Shown: positions 16,959 through 25,754, counted from the first letter of the stretch. The stretch is DNA of 32,000 nucleotides from Salsipaludibacter albus (GCF_019798055.1 NZ_JAHOPH010000006.1:133097-165096), one strand, 5' to 3'. Program-made: numbers and translations. Notes: generated by a model from the letters alone, not told the origin.

Positions 16959-18053
16959 ATGACCGAGATCCAGTCCCTGACCCTGACCGAGGAGCAGCAG
17001 GCGCTGCGTGACATCGCCCGCACGTTCCTGGCCGATCGCCTCGGCCCCGACGTCGTGCGCGAACTCATGGCCGGTGAGGTCGGGTTCGACCCCGCACACT
17101 GGGCGGAGGTCGCCGGCATGGGGTGGCAGGCGATGGTCGTCCCCGAGGAGCATGGCGGAGCCGGCTACGGCTGGACCGAGCTCGCCGTCCTGTTCGAGGA
17201 GGCCGGGCGGGCGATCGCGCCGCTGCCCCTGCTGTCGACGGCGATGGGCACCGCCGTGCTCCTGTCCAGCGGCACCGACGCCCAGCGGGCCGAGCACCTG
17301 CCGGCCATCGCGGCCGGCGAGCGCCGCGTCGCGGTGGCGGTCGACGTTCCCGGCGCCGATGCCCAGCCGGCGCCGACCCTGCGGGACGGCCGCCTGGACG
17401 GGCGCGTCCGCCACGTGGTCGAGGGTGCCGCCGCGGACCTGGTCGTGGTGGCCACCCCGGACGCGGCTGTGCTGGTCGACCCGGCGGCCGACGGCGTCGA
17501 GGTCACCGCGATGGAGGTGCTCGACCTGACCCGGCCCCAGGCGGAGCTCAGCTTCGACGCCGTCGTGGTCGACGACGACGCCCACCTCGCAGGCAGTCCT
17601 GCCGAGGTCGTCGACCGGGCCCGGACCGTCGGCGCCACCCTCGTCGCCAACGAGCAGGTCGGCACCGCCGCAGCGGTCCACGAGATGGCGGTCGAGTACG
17701 CCCGGACCCGCACGCAGTTCGGGCGCGCCATCGGGTCCTTCCAGGCGATCAAGCACCTGCTTGCCGACGACCTCGTGGCGCTCGAGGCGGCCCGGTCGGT
17801 CGCCTGGCACGCGGCCCGAGCCCTCGCGGCCGACGACGCCGACGAGATCGCCGTCGCCACGCCGATGGCCGCCTCGTTGTGCAACGAGGTGGCGGCGAAG
17901 CTCGCCGCGGACACCATCCAGGTGCACGGGGGGATCGGCTTCACCTGGGAGCACGACGCGCACCTGTACTTCAAGCGTGCGTCGTCGTCCCGCCTCCTGT
18001 TCGGCACCCCCAAGGCCTGGCGCGCTCGCCTGGCCGACACCCTCGGCCTCTGA
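16959..18053 (+). CDS. Acyl-CoA dehydrogenase family protein (second paralogue, lacks the C-terminal EG(T/S) Glu)
   Basis: GGAG lies 8 nt upstream. ACAD C-terminal domain motifs: TRTQFGRAIGSFQAIKH and IQVHGGIGFTWEHDAHLYFKRA. The position aligned to the catalytic YEGT reads LLFGTP. Confidence 0.85.
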   Translation: MTEIQSLTLTEEQQALRDIARTFLADRLGPDVVRELMAGEVGFDPAHWAEVAGMGWQAMVVPEEHGGAGYGWTELAVLFEEAGRAIAPLPLLSTAMGTAVLLSSGTDAQRAEHLPAIAAGERRVAVAVDVPGADAQPAPTLRDGRLDGRVRHVVEGAAADLVVVATPDAAVLVDPAADGVEVTAMEVLDLTRPQAELSFDAVVVDDDAHLAGSPAEVVDRARTVGATLVANEQVGTAAAVHEMAVEYARTRTQFGRAIGSFQAIKHLLADDLVALEAARSVAWHAARALAADDADEIAVATPMAASLCNEVAAKLAADTIQVHGGIGFTWEHDAHLYFKRASSSRLLFGTPKAWRARLADTLGL

Positions 18054-18077
18054 CCACTCACGGCCCGACGACGAGGC

Positions 18078-18593
18078 TCAGGGCTCGCGGGTGGCCCAGC
18101 GTCCCCAGCCACCGGCGACCCCCACGACCAGTGCGACCAGGCCGACCAGCACGCCGGACAGCGGCACACCGACCGCATCGTCGATCCCGAGCGCGTGGTC
18201 GAGCGACCAGCGTCCCGGACCCGTCGTCGCGACGGCCCAGGCGACGACCACCAGGTAGCCGTTGAGCTCCCAGCCCTTGGACACGGACCAGAAGCCGTTC
18301 TCGGCGTTGTTGACCAGCGCCGCGGTCGTCATCGTCCCGATCATCGCGGCGGCCGACAGCGGCGTCAGCAGCCCGAGTGCGAGTCCGAGCCCCCCGGCCA
18401 GCTCGCTCGAGCCGGCCGCCACCGCGGCGACCCGCCCGTCACCGAAGCCCAGCGACCGGAACCACTTCGCCGTGCCGTCCAGGCCGCCACCCCCGAACCA
18501 GCCGAACAGCTTCTGCATGCCGTGCAGGGAGAAGGGGATCCCGACCAGCACGCGCAGCAGCAGGACTCCCGTGTCGATGGCAGCCTGGTCCAT
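18078..18593 (-). CDS. DoxX-family membrane protein
   Basis: GAGGA lies 7 nt upstream of ATG 18593. LLLRVLVGIPFSLHGMQKLFGWFGGGGLDGTAKWF is the DoxX signature, and the protein has 4 TM helices. The upstream 99 codons of the track ORF were rejected. Confidence 0.85.
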   Translation of the reverse strand: MDQAAIDTGVLLLRVLVGIPFSLHGMQKLFGWFGGGGLDGTAKWFRSLGFGDGRVAAVAAGSSELAGGLGLALGLLTPLSAAAMIGTMTTAALVNNAENGFWSVSKGWELNGYLVVVAWAVATTGPGRWSLDHALGIDDAVGVPLSGVLVGLVALVVGVAGGWGRWATREP

Positions 18594-18724
18594 GGTCGTG
18601 TCCTCGAGGGTCGTCGGTCCGGTCACCCGGACGGGTCCGGCGTCGACAACGGGCCGGTCCGCGATGGTCTTCCGTCCCGAGCACCTACCCTCCGCTGCGT
18701 CGCCCACCCGAGCCGGAGCACCTC

Positions 18725-19216
18725 GTGCCACCTGATCCCCGCGTGCTGGAGGCCCTGGACGCCGCCGGTGTGGCCCACACGGTGATGGACTGCGATCCGG
18801 ACCTCGCCGACACCGCCGAGTTCTGTGCGGCGTACGGCATCGATCCCGGTGCCTCGGCGAACGCCCTGCTGGTCGCGTCACGCAAGCCACCCGGCCACCA
18901 CGTGCTGTGCGTGGTGCTGGCGACCCATCGGTTGGACGCCAACGGCATCGTCCGCACGCGCATGGGCGTGAGGAAGGTGTCGTTCGCCCCGGCCGAGGAC
19001 ACCCGGGAGCTGACCGGCATGGAGATCGGCGGCGTCACCGTCGCGGGCCTGCCCGACGACCTCCCGGTGTGGGTCGACGCCGCCGTCGCCGCCGTGGACG
19101 AGGTGGTCGTCGGTGCCGGCACCCGGTCGGCCAAGATCCTGCTCGCCGGCGCGGACCTGGCCCGACTGCCCAACGTCGAGGTGGTCGACGGCCTCGCGAC
19201 CCCCCTCGAGGCCTGA
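18725..19216 (+). CDS. YbaK/EbsC-type aminoacyl-tRNA editing (deacylase) domain protein
   Basis: GGAG lies 6 nt upstream of GTG 18725. The 163-aa product has a YbaK-like pattern (ANALLVASRKPP...VLCVVLATHRLD...TGMEIGGVTVAG...VVVGAG). Confidence 0.75.
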   Translation: MPPDPRVLEALDAAGVAHTVMDCDPDLADTAEFCAAYGIDPGASANALLVASRKPPGHHVLCVVLATHRLDANGIVRTRMGVRKVSFAPAEDTRELTGMEIGGVTVAGLPDDLPVWVDAAVAAVDEVVVGAGTRSAKILLAGADLARLPNVEVVDGLATPLEA

Positions 19217-19265
19217 CCTCGGCCGACGGACGCACCTCCCCCGGGCCTCGCGCGGCCCTCGACCC

Positions 19266-20225
19266 ATGACCATCGGTGCCGCGGTGCCCGCCTCCCGCTC
19301 GTCCTTCTCGCCCGGCGACGCCGGCCTGCTCGCCCTGCTGGCGCTGATGTGGGGCAACTCGTTCCTGTTCATCAAGTTCGCCGTCGCGACCATCCCGCCC
19401 GCGTGGATCGTGGCGGGGCGACTCACCGTCGGTGGCAGCCTGCTGGTCGTGATCGCCCTGGTGCGCCGCCGGTCCCTGCCACGGGCACCACGCGACGTCG
19501 CGACGCTGGCCGTCATCGGACTGGCCGGGGCGGCCCTACCCTGGGCGGGACAGGCCTGGGCGCAGCAGTTCCTGGACTCGGGACTGCTGGCCGTGCTCAA
19601 CGCGACGACGCCGGGGGCGACGCTGGTGATCGCGGTCGCCGTCGGCCAGGAGCGACTGCACCGACTCCGGGTCCTGGGCCTGCTCGTGGCCGCGGTGGGC
19701 TCGGTCGTCATCGTCGGGGGCGAGATCTCCCAGGGCGGACCGGTCGCCGCCCTGGTCGTCGCGGCCGTCGCCCCCTTCGCCTACGGCATCGGGACCGTCC
19801 TGACCCGGGCTCGCGTCTCCGGACGGATCGACCCACTGCCGGCCGCGGCGGTCCAGCTGTCCACGGCCGCCGTCGTCGCCACGGGCCTCTCCGTCGGGTT
19901 CGTGGGCCCTCCACCTCCGCCACTGTCGCTGGACCCCGTCGCGGCGGGATCGTTGGTGGCACTGGGAGTCGTCGGGACCGGACTCGCCTTCCTGCTCTAC
20001 TTCACGCTCATCCAGCGGGTGGGCGCCACCAATGCGTCCATGGTGACCTACCTGGTGCCGGTGGTCGGGCTCGTGGCGGGTGCGGTCGTGCGCGGCGAAC
20101 GCTTCGGGCCCAACGTCCTTCTGGGGGCCGCCATCCTGGTCGTGGGCGTGTGGCTCGCCCAGCGACGGCCGCCCGATGTCGACGGCGGTCGTCCCCCGAC
20201 CGCACGAACTATCCCCCCGTCGTGA
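19266..20225 (+). CDS. EamA/DMT-superfamily transporter
   Basis: About ten TM helices and a duplicated EamA pattern (LLALMWGNSFLFIKFAV...; ...GTGLAFLLYFTLIQRVGATNASMVTYLVPVV). The start is uncertain because no SD sequence is present. Confidence 0.8.
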   Translation: MTIGAAVPASRSSFSPGDAGLLALLALMWGNSFLFIKFAVATIPPAWIVAGRLTVGGSLLVVIALVRRRSLPRAPRDVATLAVIGLAGAALPWAGQAWAQQFLDSGLLAVLNATTPGATLVIAVAVGQERLHRLRVLGLLVAAVGSVVIVGGEISQGGPVAALVVAAVAPFAYGIGTVLTRARVSGRIDPLPAAAVQLSTAAVVATGLSVGFVGPPPPPLSLDPVAAGSLVALGVVGTGLAFLLYFTLIQRVGATNASMVTYLVPVVGLVAGAVVRGERFGPNVLLGAAILVVGVWLAQRRPPDVDGGRPPTARTIPPS

Positions 20226-20247
20226 CCCGGGCGTCCCCCACGTCGTC

Positions 20248-21015
20248 CTAGCGGGGTGCCATGCGGATGGCACCGTCGAGCCGGATGACCTCGCCGTTGA
20301 GCATCGGGTTGCCCACGATGCTGTCCACCAGGTCGGCGTACTCGGCGGGGTCGCCGAGCCGGGACGGGTGGGGCACCTGCGTGGCGAGCGAGGCCTGGGC
20401 CTCCTCCGGCAGGCCGGACAGCATCGGGGTGGCGAACAGGCCCGGGGCGATGGCCATGACCCGGATGTGCCACTGGGCGAGGTCACGGGCGAGCGGGAGG
20501 GTCATGCCCACCACGCCACCCTTGGAGGCCGAGTAGGCCGCCTGCCCCACCTGGCCGTCGTAGGCGGCCGCGGACGCCGTGTTGACGATCACGCCGCGTT
20601 CCTCGCCCTCGGGCTCGTGACGGGCCATCTCGGCCGCGGCGAGTCGCACGACGTTGAACGTCCCGACGAGGTTGATCTCCACGACCCGGCGGAACCCGTC
20701 CAGGGGGGTGGGCCCGCCGTCGCGCGACAGGACCCGCGCCGGGGTCCCGACGCCGGCGCAGTTGACGGCGACCGCGAGCCGCCCGAGGCTGCCGGCCGTC
20801 GCGACGGCCTCCGCCGCCTCGTGCGCGTCGGTCACGTCGGCGGGCGCGAAGGTGACCCCGTCGCCCAGCTCGCCCGCGACCTGCGCGCCGTCGGACGACG
20901 CCAGGTCGACGATCACGACGTGGGCACCGGTCCGGGCCAGCCGGGCGGCCGTGGCCCGCCCCAGCCCGGAGGCTCCGCCGGTGACGAGGGCGACATGGTC
21001 GGTGGTCAACTGCAT
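20248..21015 (-). CDS. SDR-family oxidoreductase, 3-hydroxyacyl-CoA dehydrogenase type-2-like
   Basis: GGGAG lies 6 nt upstream. The TGGASGLG cofactor motif, NCAGVG and [12 protein letters not shown] (YxxxK) are present. The overall pattern resembles HSD17B10/FadB2-type enzymes. Confidence 0.9.
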   Translation of the reverse strand: MQLTTDHVALVTGGASGLGRATAARLARTGAHVVIVDLASSDGAQVAGELGDGVTFAPADVTDAHEAAEAVATAGSLGRLAVAVNCAGVGTPARVLSRDGGPTPLDGFRRVVEINLVGTFNVVRLAAAEMARHEPEGEERGVIVNTASAAAYDGQVGQAAYSASKGGVVGMTLPLARDLAQWHIRVMAIAPGLFATPMLSGLPEEAQASLATQVPHPSRLGDPAEYADLVDSIVGNPMLNGEVIRLDGAIRMAPR

Positions 21016-21104
21016 CCTGGACTCCCGTTCGGGATGGCACGCACGGACCCGTGCCCGGGCCCGTGGGACGACGCCGGCCGCATCGCTGTGCGATGCGGCC
21101 GGAC

Positions 21105-21181
21105 GTGGTGGAGGTGATCGGACTTGAACCGACGGCCCCTTCGTTGCGAACGAAGTGCTCTACCAGGCTGAGCTACACCCC
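21105..21181 (-). tRNA. tRNA-Ala (anticodon CGC), CCA encoded
   Basis: The reverse complement folds by hand into a cloverleaf: acceptor GGGGGUG/CACCUCC with the G3:U70 Ala identity pair, D-arm GCUC/GAGC, anticodon stem CUUCG/CGAAG with loop UUCGCAA, T-arm GUCGG-UUCAAGU-CCGAU, and 3' ACCA. Confidence 0.95.
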
Positions 21182-21243
21182 CGGGAGAACTCGACCCCGC
21201 CGATCGCGGGGTGGTCTGCCCGCCTCGGGCGACGGGCCGGCTC

Positions 21244-21273
21244 ATGGTAACCACCGCCCCGGTGGCCCGCCAA
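21244..21273 (-). promoter_or_regulatory. Candidate promoter for tRNA-Ala (TTGGCG-18 nt-TACCAT)
   Basis: On the minus strand there is a -35-like TTGGCG (21273-21268) and a TAnnnT -10 TACCAT (21249-21244), about 60 nt upstream of the tRNA 5' end. A CCCCGC-n5-GCGGGG hairpin lies in between, which weakens the call. Confidence 0.25.
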
Positions 21274-21289
21274 CGACGGCCGGGTGCCG

Positions 21290-21934
21290 TCAGAGGACCT
21301 CGACGGCGGATCGACGGGCGCCCACGGGCTGCGGCGCGGCGTCGTGCACGGGCGTGTCGGCCGCGGCCGTGCGCGGTCGACCGCCGGGGAAGTGGCGCTC
21401 GTCGGCCATGCCCTCGACCAGCCGTGGCAACGACTCGTAGAGGTGCGGCTGGTCACGGCCGACGAACGCCCGTGCGTCCGTGCGGATCGAGCGGATCACC
21501 GCCTTGGCGCGATCGGCCTCGAGCTTGCGGTGGCGCAGCACGATGACGTAGCCACCGGTCGCGATGGTGGCGACGACGAAGATGGTCCAGAAGACGCCAC
21601 CCCAGGCGATGGCCGCACCCGCACTGGCGAGGACGGCGACCAGCGAGCCCACGAACAGCCGTCGCATCGTGGCCAGCGAGTCGTCGGCGGCGCGCACCGC
21701 ACGGGCGGCAGCGGCCCGGCCGATCGATGCGGCGGAGCGCCGGTCGTGGTGGGACGCGGCCGAGGAAGTGGTCATGGGATGCTCGCTGTCGCGTTGGAGG
21801 ACGGCCATGGCACGCTCGAACCCGGCGGCGGAGCCATGCACCGAGGCGTGCCGACCGCGGACCGCCAAGGGGAACACCAGGGCCAGCCACGCACCGGCGA
21901 GGCCGGTCAGGAACATGATCTGGATCGGGCTCAT
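21290..21934 (-). CDS. Hypothetical 3-TM membrane protein (positional candidate for a GlpR / Rv0996-like protein)
   Basis: N-terminal TM helix (IQIMFLTGLAGAWLALVFPLAV), a soluble Ala/Arg/Ser-rich segment, a TM hairpin (LFVGSLVAVLASAGAAIAWGGVFWTIFVVATIATGGYVIVL), and a basic/acidic tail. The start could be ATG 21934 (weak SD) or ATG 22027. Confidence 0.55.
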   Translation of the reverse strand: MSPIQIMFLTGLAGAWLALVFPLAVRGRHASVHGSAAGFERAMAVLQRDSEHPMTTSSAASHHDRRSAASIGRAAAARAVRAADDSLATMRRLFVGSLVAVLASAGAAIAWGGVFWTIFVVATIATGGYVIVLRHRKLEADRAKAVIRSIRTDARAFVGRDQPHLYESLPRLVEGMADERHFPGGRPRTAAADTPVHDAAPQPVGARRSAVEVL

Positions 21935-22268
21935 GCAGTCATCCGTTGCCGTGGGGGAGGCGCCACGTGCCTCGACGAACGACGCCGGTCGGCCCGCAGC
22001 AACTGCATCACACCCATGGAATTCCACCGGTCGGCTTCGACGAATCTAACTGGTCCCGCCGGTCGGCGAAAGGATCCGCCCCCGGCCGAGGAACCCACCG
22101 TGCGTGTTCGGCCTCGTGGAAGTGTGGTGGACCGCACCTCGCGGCGGGCCCGGGACCCCGACCGTCCGACCACCGGCCGCCGGCCGTCGTCCGTCACTGC
22201 CGTGGCCCCTGTGGCCCACTGTGGCTGGATGCACCCCACGGGAGGTGGGGCACGACGCGACGTCCGGG

Positions 22269-22790
22269 TCAGTCGAGGTCCGCGGCCCGCCAGTCACCGG
22301 AGCGTCCGCCCGACTTGGCGAGGAGGCGTACCGACACCACCTCGACGTCGCGCTGGACGGCCTTGACGAGGTCGTAGAGTGCCAGCGCACCGACCGAGGC
22401 GCCCGTCATGGCCTCCATCTCGACGCCGGTCCGGTCCAGGGCGTGGGCCGTGCAGGTGATGGTGGCCGTCCCGGTGGCGACGTCCACGGAGACGTCCACC
22501 TCGATGGACGTGACCGCGACCTGGTGACACAGCGGGACCAGGGTCGGCGTGAACTTGGCCGCCTGGATCGCGGCGAGCCGCACCACCGGCAGCGCGTCCC
22601 CCTTGGGCAGGTCACCGTCGGCCAGCCGGCGGGCCGTTTCCGGCGTCATCGCCACCCGGGCCCGGGCGACGGCCCGTCGGCGGGTGATCGGCTTGTCGCC
22701 GACGTCGACCATGCGTGCGTTGCCTGCCTCGTCCAGGTGGGTCAGCTCGTCACCGGGTGCGCGGTCACCCGAACGGTCCGGGCCGGTCAC
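22269..22790 (-). CDS. moaC: Cyclic pyranopterin monophosphate synthase MoaC
   Basis: The GTG at 22790 overlaps the moeA-like stop (GTGA). Motifs LTHLDEAGNARMVDVGDK, LVPLCHQV and GVEMEAMTGASVGALALYD are classic MoaC. Confidence 0.9.
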   Translation of the reverse strand: MTGPDRSGDRAPGDELTHLDEAGNARMVDVGDKPITRRRAVARARVAMTPETARRLADGDLPKGDALPVVRLAAIQAAKFTPTLVPLCHQVAVTSIEVDVSVDVATGTATITCTAHALDRTGVEMEAMTGASVGALALYDLVKAVQRDVEVVSVRLLAKSGGRSGDWRAADLD

Positions 22791-24049
22791 GAGACCAGCA
22801 GCTGGACGACGACCTGTCGGCCGGGGTCCAGTCGGGTCACGTCGACCGGGATCTCGGCCAGCGCGTCGGCCCGTGACAGCGCCCCGAGCATGTGCGAGCC
22901 CTGTCCCCCGGCCGGCCGCGCATGCCACGCCCCGTCGACCTGGCGCAGGCGCACCCGCAGGTAGGAGCGCTTCCCGGCCGGTGAGGTGACCGCCTCGTCG
23001 AGCGTGGCGGTCGTCCGGGGACGCAGGAGGTCCGTGCGACCCTGGAGGATGCGCAGCGCCGGTCGAACCAGGACCTCGAACGACACGAACGTCGACACCG
23101 GGTTGCCCGGCAGGGCGACGATCGGGGTCCCGTCGATCCGCCCGAGCGCCTGGGGCATGCCGGGCTGCATCGCCAGCTTCGTGCGCCGCACCTCTCCCAG
23201 CCGGCCGATGGCCGTGGCCACGTGGTCGGCCGCACCGGCGGACACGCCCCCCGACAGCACGACCATGTCCGCGTCGGAAGCCTGCTCGCGGAGCACGCGC
23301 ACCAGGTCCTCGACGGTGTCGCGCACCGGGCCGGCAAAGGTCGCCACGCAGCCCAGCTCGGTCACGACCGCGGCCAGCATCGGACCGTTGGAGTCCCGGA
23401 TCTGGCCCGGCTCGAGGTCACGACCGGCGGGGACGAGCTCGTTGCCGGTCGTCACCACCGACACCCGTGGCCGGGCCGCGACCACCACCTCGTCGACGCC
23501 GGTGGACAGCAGCAGGCCCACGTCCCGGGCGGTCAGCCGATGGCGGGCCGGCAGCAACCGGGTGCCACGAGCCAGCTCCTCGCCGGCGGCACGGACGTTC
23601 TCGCGTGGGGAGGGTGACGCGTGGAAGGCGACCCCCTCGGCGTGGCTGCTGGTCAGCTCCACCGGCACGACGGCATCGGCGCCCGGTGGGACCGGGGCCC
23701 CGGTCATCACCGCGACCGCCGTGCCCGGCGTGACCGTGGGCCGCGACCCGACTGGGCCGGCATGCACCGCTCCCCCGTCGGTCAGCACCACCGGGTCGTC
23801 ACCGGACGCGTCCTCGAGGTCGTCGGCGACGACGGCCCAGCCGTCCATGGCCGAGTTCGTGAAGGGCGGCAGCGGCTCGGCCGCGTCGACCGGCCGGACC
23901 AGCACGAGACCGGCGGCCTCGGCCGTGGGCACCGTCGTGCGGCGCGGCGGGGCCAGCGCGCGGACGATCTCGGCGACCCAGTCGTCGACCGGGGTCAGCT
24001 CGTGGGGGTCGGTGACCGTCGTGCGACCGTGTCCGACGAAGTTGGTCAT
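22787..24049 (-). CDS. moeA: MoeA-family molybdopterin molybdenumtransferase (gephyrin-E-like; positional equivalent of MoeA1/Glp)
   Basis: GGGAG lies 5 nt upstream. PPFTNSAMDGWAV, IRDSNGPML, SGGVSAGAADH and LPGNPVS are MoeA motifs. 420 aa. Confidence 0.9.
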   Translation of the reverse strand: MTNFVGHGRTTVTDPHELTPVDDWVAEIVRALAPPRRTTVPTAEAAGLVLVRPVDAAEPLPPFTNSAMDGWAVVADDLEDASGDDPVVLTDGGAVHAGPVGSRPTVTPGTAVAVMTGAPVPPGADAVVPVELTSSHAEGVAFHASPSPRENVRAAGEELARGTRLLPARHRLTARDVGLLLSTGVDEVVVAARPRVSVVTTGNELVPAGRDLEPGQIRDSNGPMLAAVVTELGCVATFAGPVRDTVEDLVRVLREQASDADMVVLSGGVSAGAADHVATAIGRLGEVRRTKLAMQPGMPQALGRIDGTPIVALPGNPVSTFVSFEVLVRPALRILQGRTDLLRPRTTATLDEAVTSPAGKRSYLRVRLRQVDGAWHARPAGGQGSHMLGALSRADALAEIPVDVTRLDPGRQVVVQLLVS

Positions 24050-24090
24050 GATGGCTCCCGGGTGGCCGGATCTGCGGTGTTGATCGACGC

Positions 24091-24969
24091 TCAGGACAGG
24101 CGGGTCGCGACCAGGTCACGGAGGTGGTCCGCCAACTGCGGCCCGAGGTCGTCCCGGCGGAGTGCGAAGTCGATGGTGGCCGCCAGGAAGCCGAACTTGT
24201 CGCCGGCGTCGTGGCGGATCCCGTCGAGCTGGATGCCCACGATGGGCTCGTCGGCGGCCAGGGTCTCCAGCGCATCGGTCAGCTGGATCTCGCCCCCGGC
24301 ACCACGACCGGTGCGGTCCAGCACGTCGAAGATCCCCGACGGCAGCACGTAGCGCCCGATCACGGCGAGGTCGGACGGCGCGTCCGCCGGGTCGGGCTTC
24401 TCGACCAGCCCGGTGACCGGCAGGCGTCCGTCGTCGTCGGGCTCACCGACCGAGGCGATGCCGTACTTGTCGACGTCGGCCTCGTCGACCTGCATCAGCG
24501 CGACCACGGCACGCCCAGTGGCATCGTGTGCGGCGATCATCCGCTCGAGCAGGTCGTCGTCGGGGTCGACGATGTCGTCCCCCAGCAGGACGGCGAAGGA
24601 CTCGTCGCCGACGTGGTGGCGGGCCTGGAGCACGGCATGGCCGAGCCCCAGCTGCTCGCCCTGCCGCACGGCATGGACCCGGGCGAGGTCGGCGAGGTCG
24701 CGCACGGTGGACAACAGGTCGTCCTTGCCCTTGGCCTCCAGCGCGGCCTCGAGCTCGAGTGCTCGGTCGAAGTGGTCCTCGATCGCGGACTTGCCCGCCG
24801 AGGTGACCAGCAGGACGTCGTCGAGCCCGGCCCGAGCACACTCGTCGACGATGTACTCGATGGTGGGTCGGTCCACGATCGGGAGCAGTTCCTTGGGAAC
24901 GGCCTTGGTGGCCGGGAGGAAGCGCGTCCCGTAGCCGGCAGCGGGGATCACGGCCTTGCGCACGGTCAT
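24091..24969 (-). CDS. galU: UTP--glucose-1-phosphate uridylyltransferase
   Basis: Start at ATG 24969. KAVIPAAGYGTRFLPATKAVPKELLPIVDRPTIEY is the GalU signature, and VEKP is present. The upstream 146 codons of the track ORF were rejected. Confidence 0.9.
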   Translation of the reverse strand: MTVRKAVIPAAGYGTRFLPATKAVPKELLPIVDRPTIEYIVDECARAGLDDVLLVTSAGKSAIEDHFDRALELEAALEAKGKDDLLSTVRDLADLARVHAVRQGEQLGLGHAVLQARHHVGDESFAVLLGDDIVDPDDDLLERMIAAHDATGRAVVALMQVDEADVDKYGIASVGEPDDDGRLPVTGLVEKPDPADAPSDLAVIGRYVLPSGIFDVLDRTGRGAGGEIQLTDALETLAADEPIVGIQLDGIRHDAGDKFGFLAATIDFALRRDDLGPQLADHLRDLVATRLS

Positions 24970-25097
24970 CGGGGAGTCCTTGGTCGAGGTGTCCGTATGG
25001 AACGGTGGGGGTCGGTCGGTTCGCCGTCGGGGCCCGTGCCAGCCTACTTTGTGCACACGTCGCCACCGGCGACCGGGACGCGAGGGGAGGCCACGGG

Positions 25098-25667
25098 ATG
25101 GGTGGTCCGGGGCCGGCCAAGGACGACCTGCGTGACGCGGTGCTGCGCATGCGGCGTCCCCTCGACCCCCGGGTGCTGCGTGCCGCGTCCGATCGTGCCG
25201 TCGAACACCTCGCCGGGCTCGTGGCCGTCCAGCGCGCCCAGGTCGTGGCGCTGCACGTTCCCGATGACGGCGACCTCGACTCCCGGGGCCTGGCGCCGAT
25301 GCTGTCCGAGCGTGGGACCCGGGTCCTGCTGGTCGAGGCGAACGACCAGCGCGTCGAGGTCGTCGCGAGCGGTCGGGCCCAGCTGGTGCGCGACGACGGC
25401 CCGGCACAGACGCTCGACGACGTCGACGTGGTCGTGGTGCCCGGCGTGGCCTTCGACCTCGAGGGTGGCCGGCTGGGACCTGCGGCGGACCCCTGGGACA
25501 CCGTGCTCGACCGGGTGCCGTCCGACGCGGTGCGGATCGGGCTGGCCACCACGGCCCAGCTGGTCCCGCGCGTGCCGCGGGACGACAACGACCGCCCGGT
25601 CGACGTGGTGGTCACCGACCGCGGGGTGCACCACACCGGCGCACGACGTCACCCCCGGGACGCCTGA
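25098..25667 (+). CDS. 5-formyltetrahydrofolate cyclo-ligase family protein (divergent active-site loop)
   Basis: GGGGAGG lies 7 nt upstream of ATG 25098. KDDLRDAVL at the N-terminus, VVVPGVAFDLEGGRLG, then GPAADPWD where the family normally has a Gly-rich GxGxYD loop, and RIGLATTAQLV...DRPVDVVVTDRGV. It is divergent from galU, as in mycobacteria. Confidence 0.75.
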   Translation: MGGPGPAKDDLRDAVLRMRRPLDPRVLRAASDRAVEHLAGLVAVQRAQVVALHVPDDGDLDSRGLAPMLSERGTRVLLVEANDQRVEVVASGRAQLVRDDGPAQTLDDVDVVVVPGVAFDLEGGRLGPAADPWDTVLDRVPSDAVRIGLATTAQLVPRVPRDDNDRPVDVVVTDRGVHHTGARRHPRDA

Positions 25668-25754
25668 CGCCCGCCACCGGGGGCGGGACACCGGCGCGAC
25701 ACGACGACGGGGCCGACACCGTCTCGGTGCCGGCCCCGCTGGTGGTCGTCTGGC

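Noticed and set aside
20248-21290. tRNA-Ala as an integration hotspot or genomic-island boundary
   Set aside because: There is no integrase or recombinase, I noticed no direct repeat of the tRNA 3' end, and the flanking genes are ordinary metabolic genes with native-looking composition.
21946-22390. Short ORFs (102-143 aa) in the 240-nt gap between moaC and the 3-TM protein gene
   Set aside because: The translations are Arg/Pro/Gly-rich, with no SD sequences, and they overlap each other on both strands. The gap is more likely a promoter/leader for the membrane-protein gene, plus a weak CCCCAC-n5-GTGGGG hairpin after moaC.
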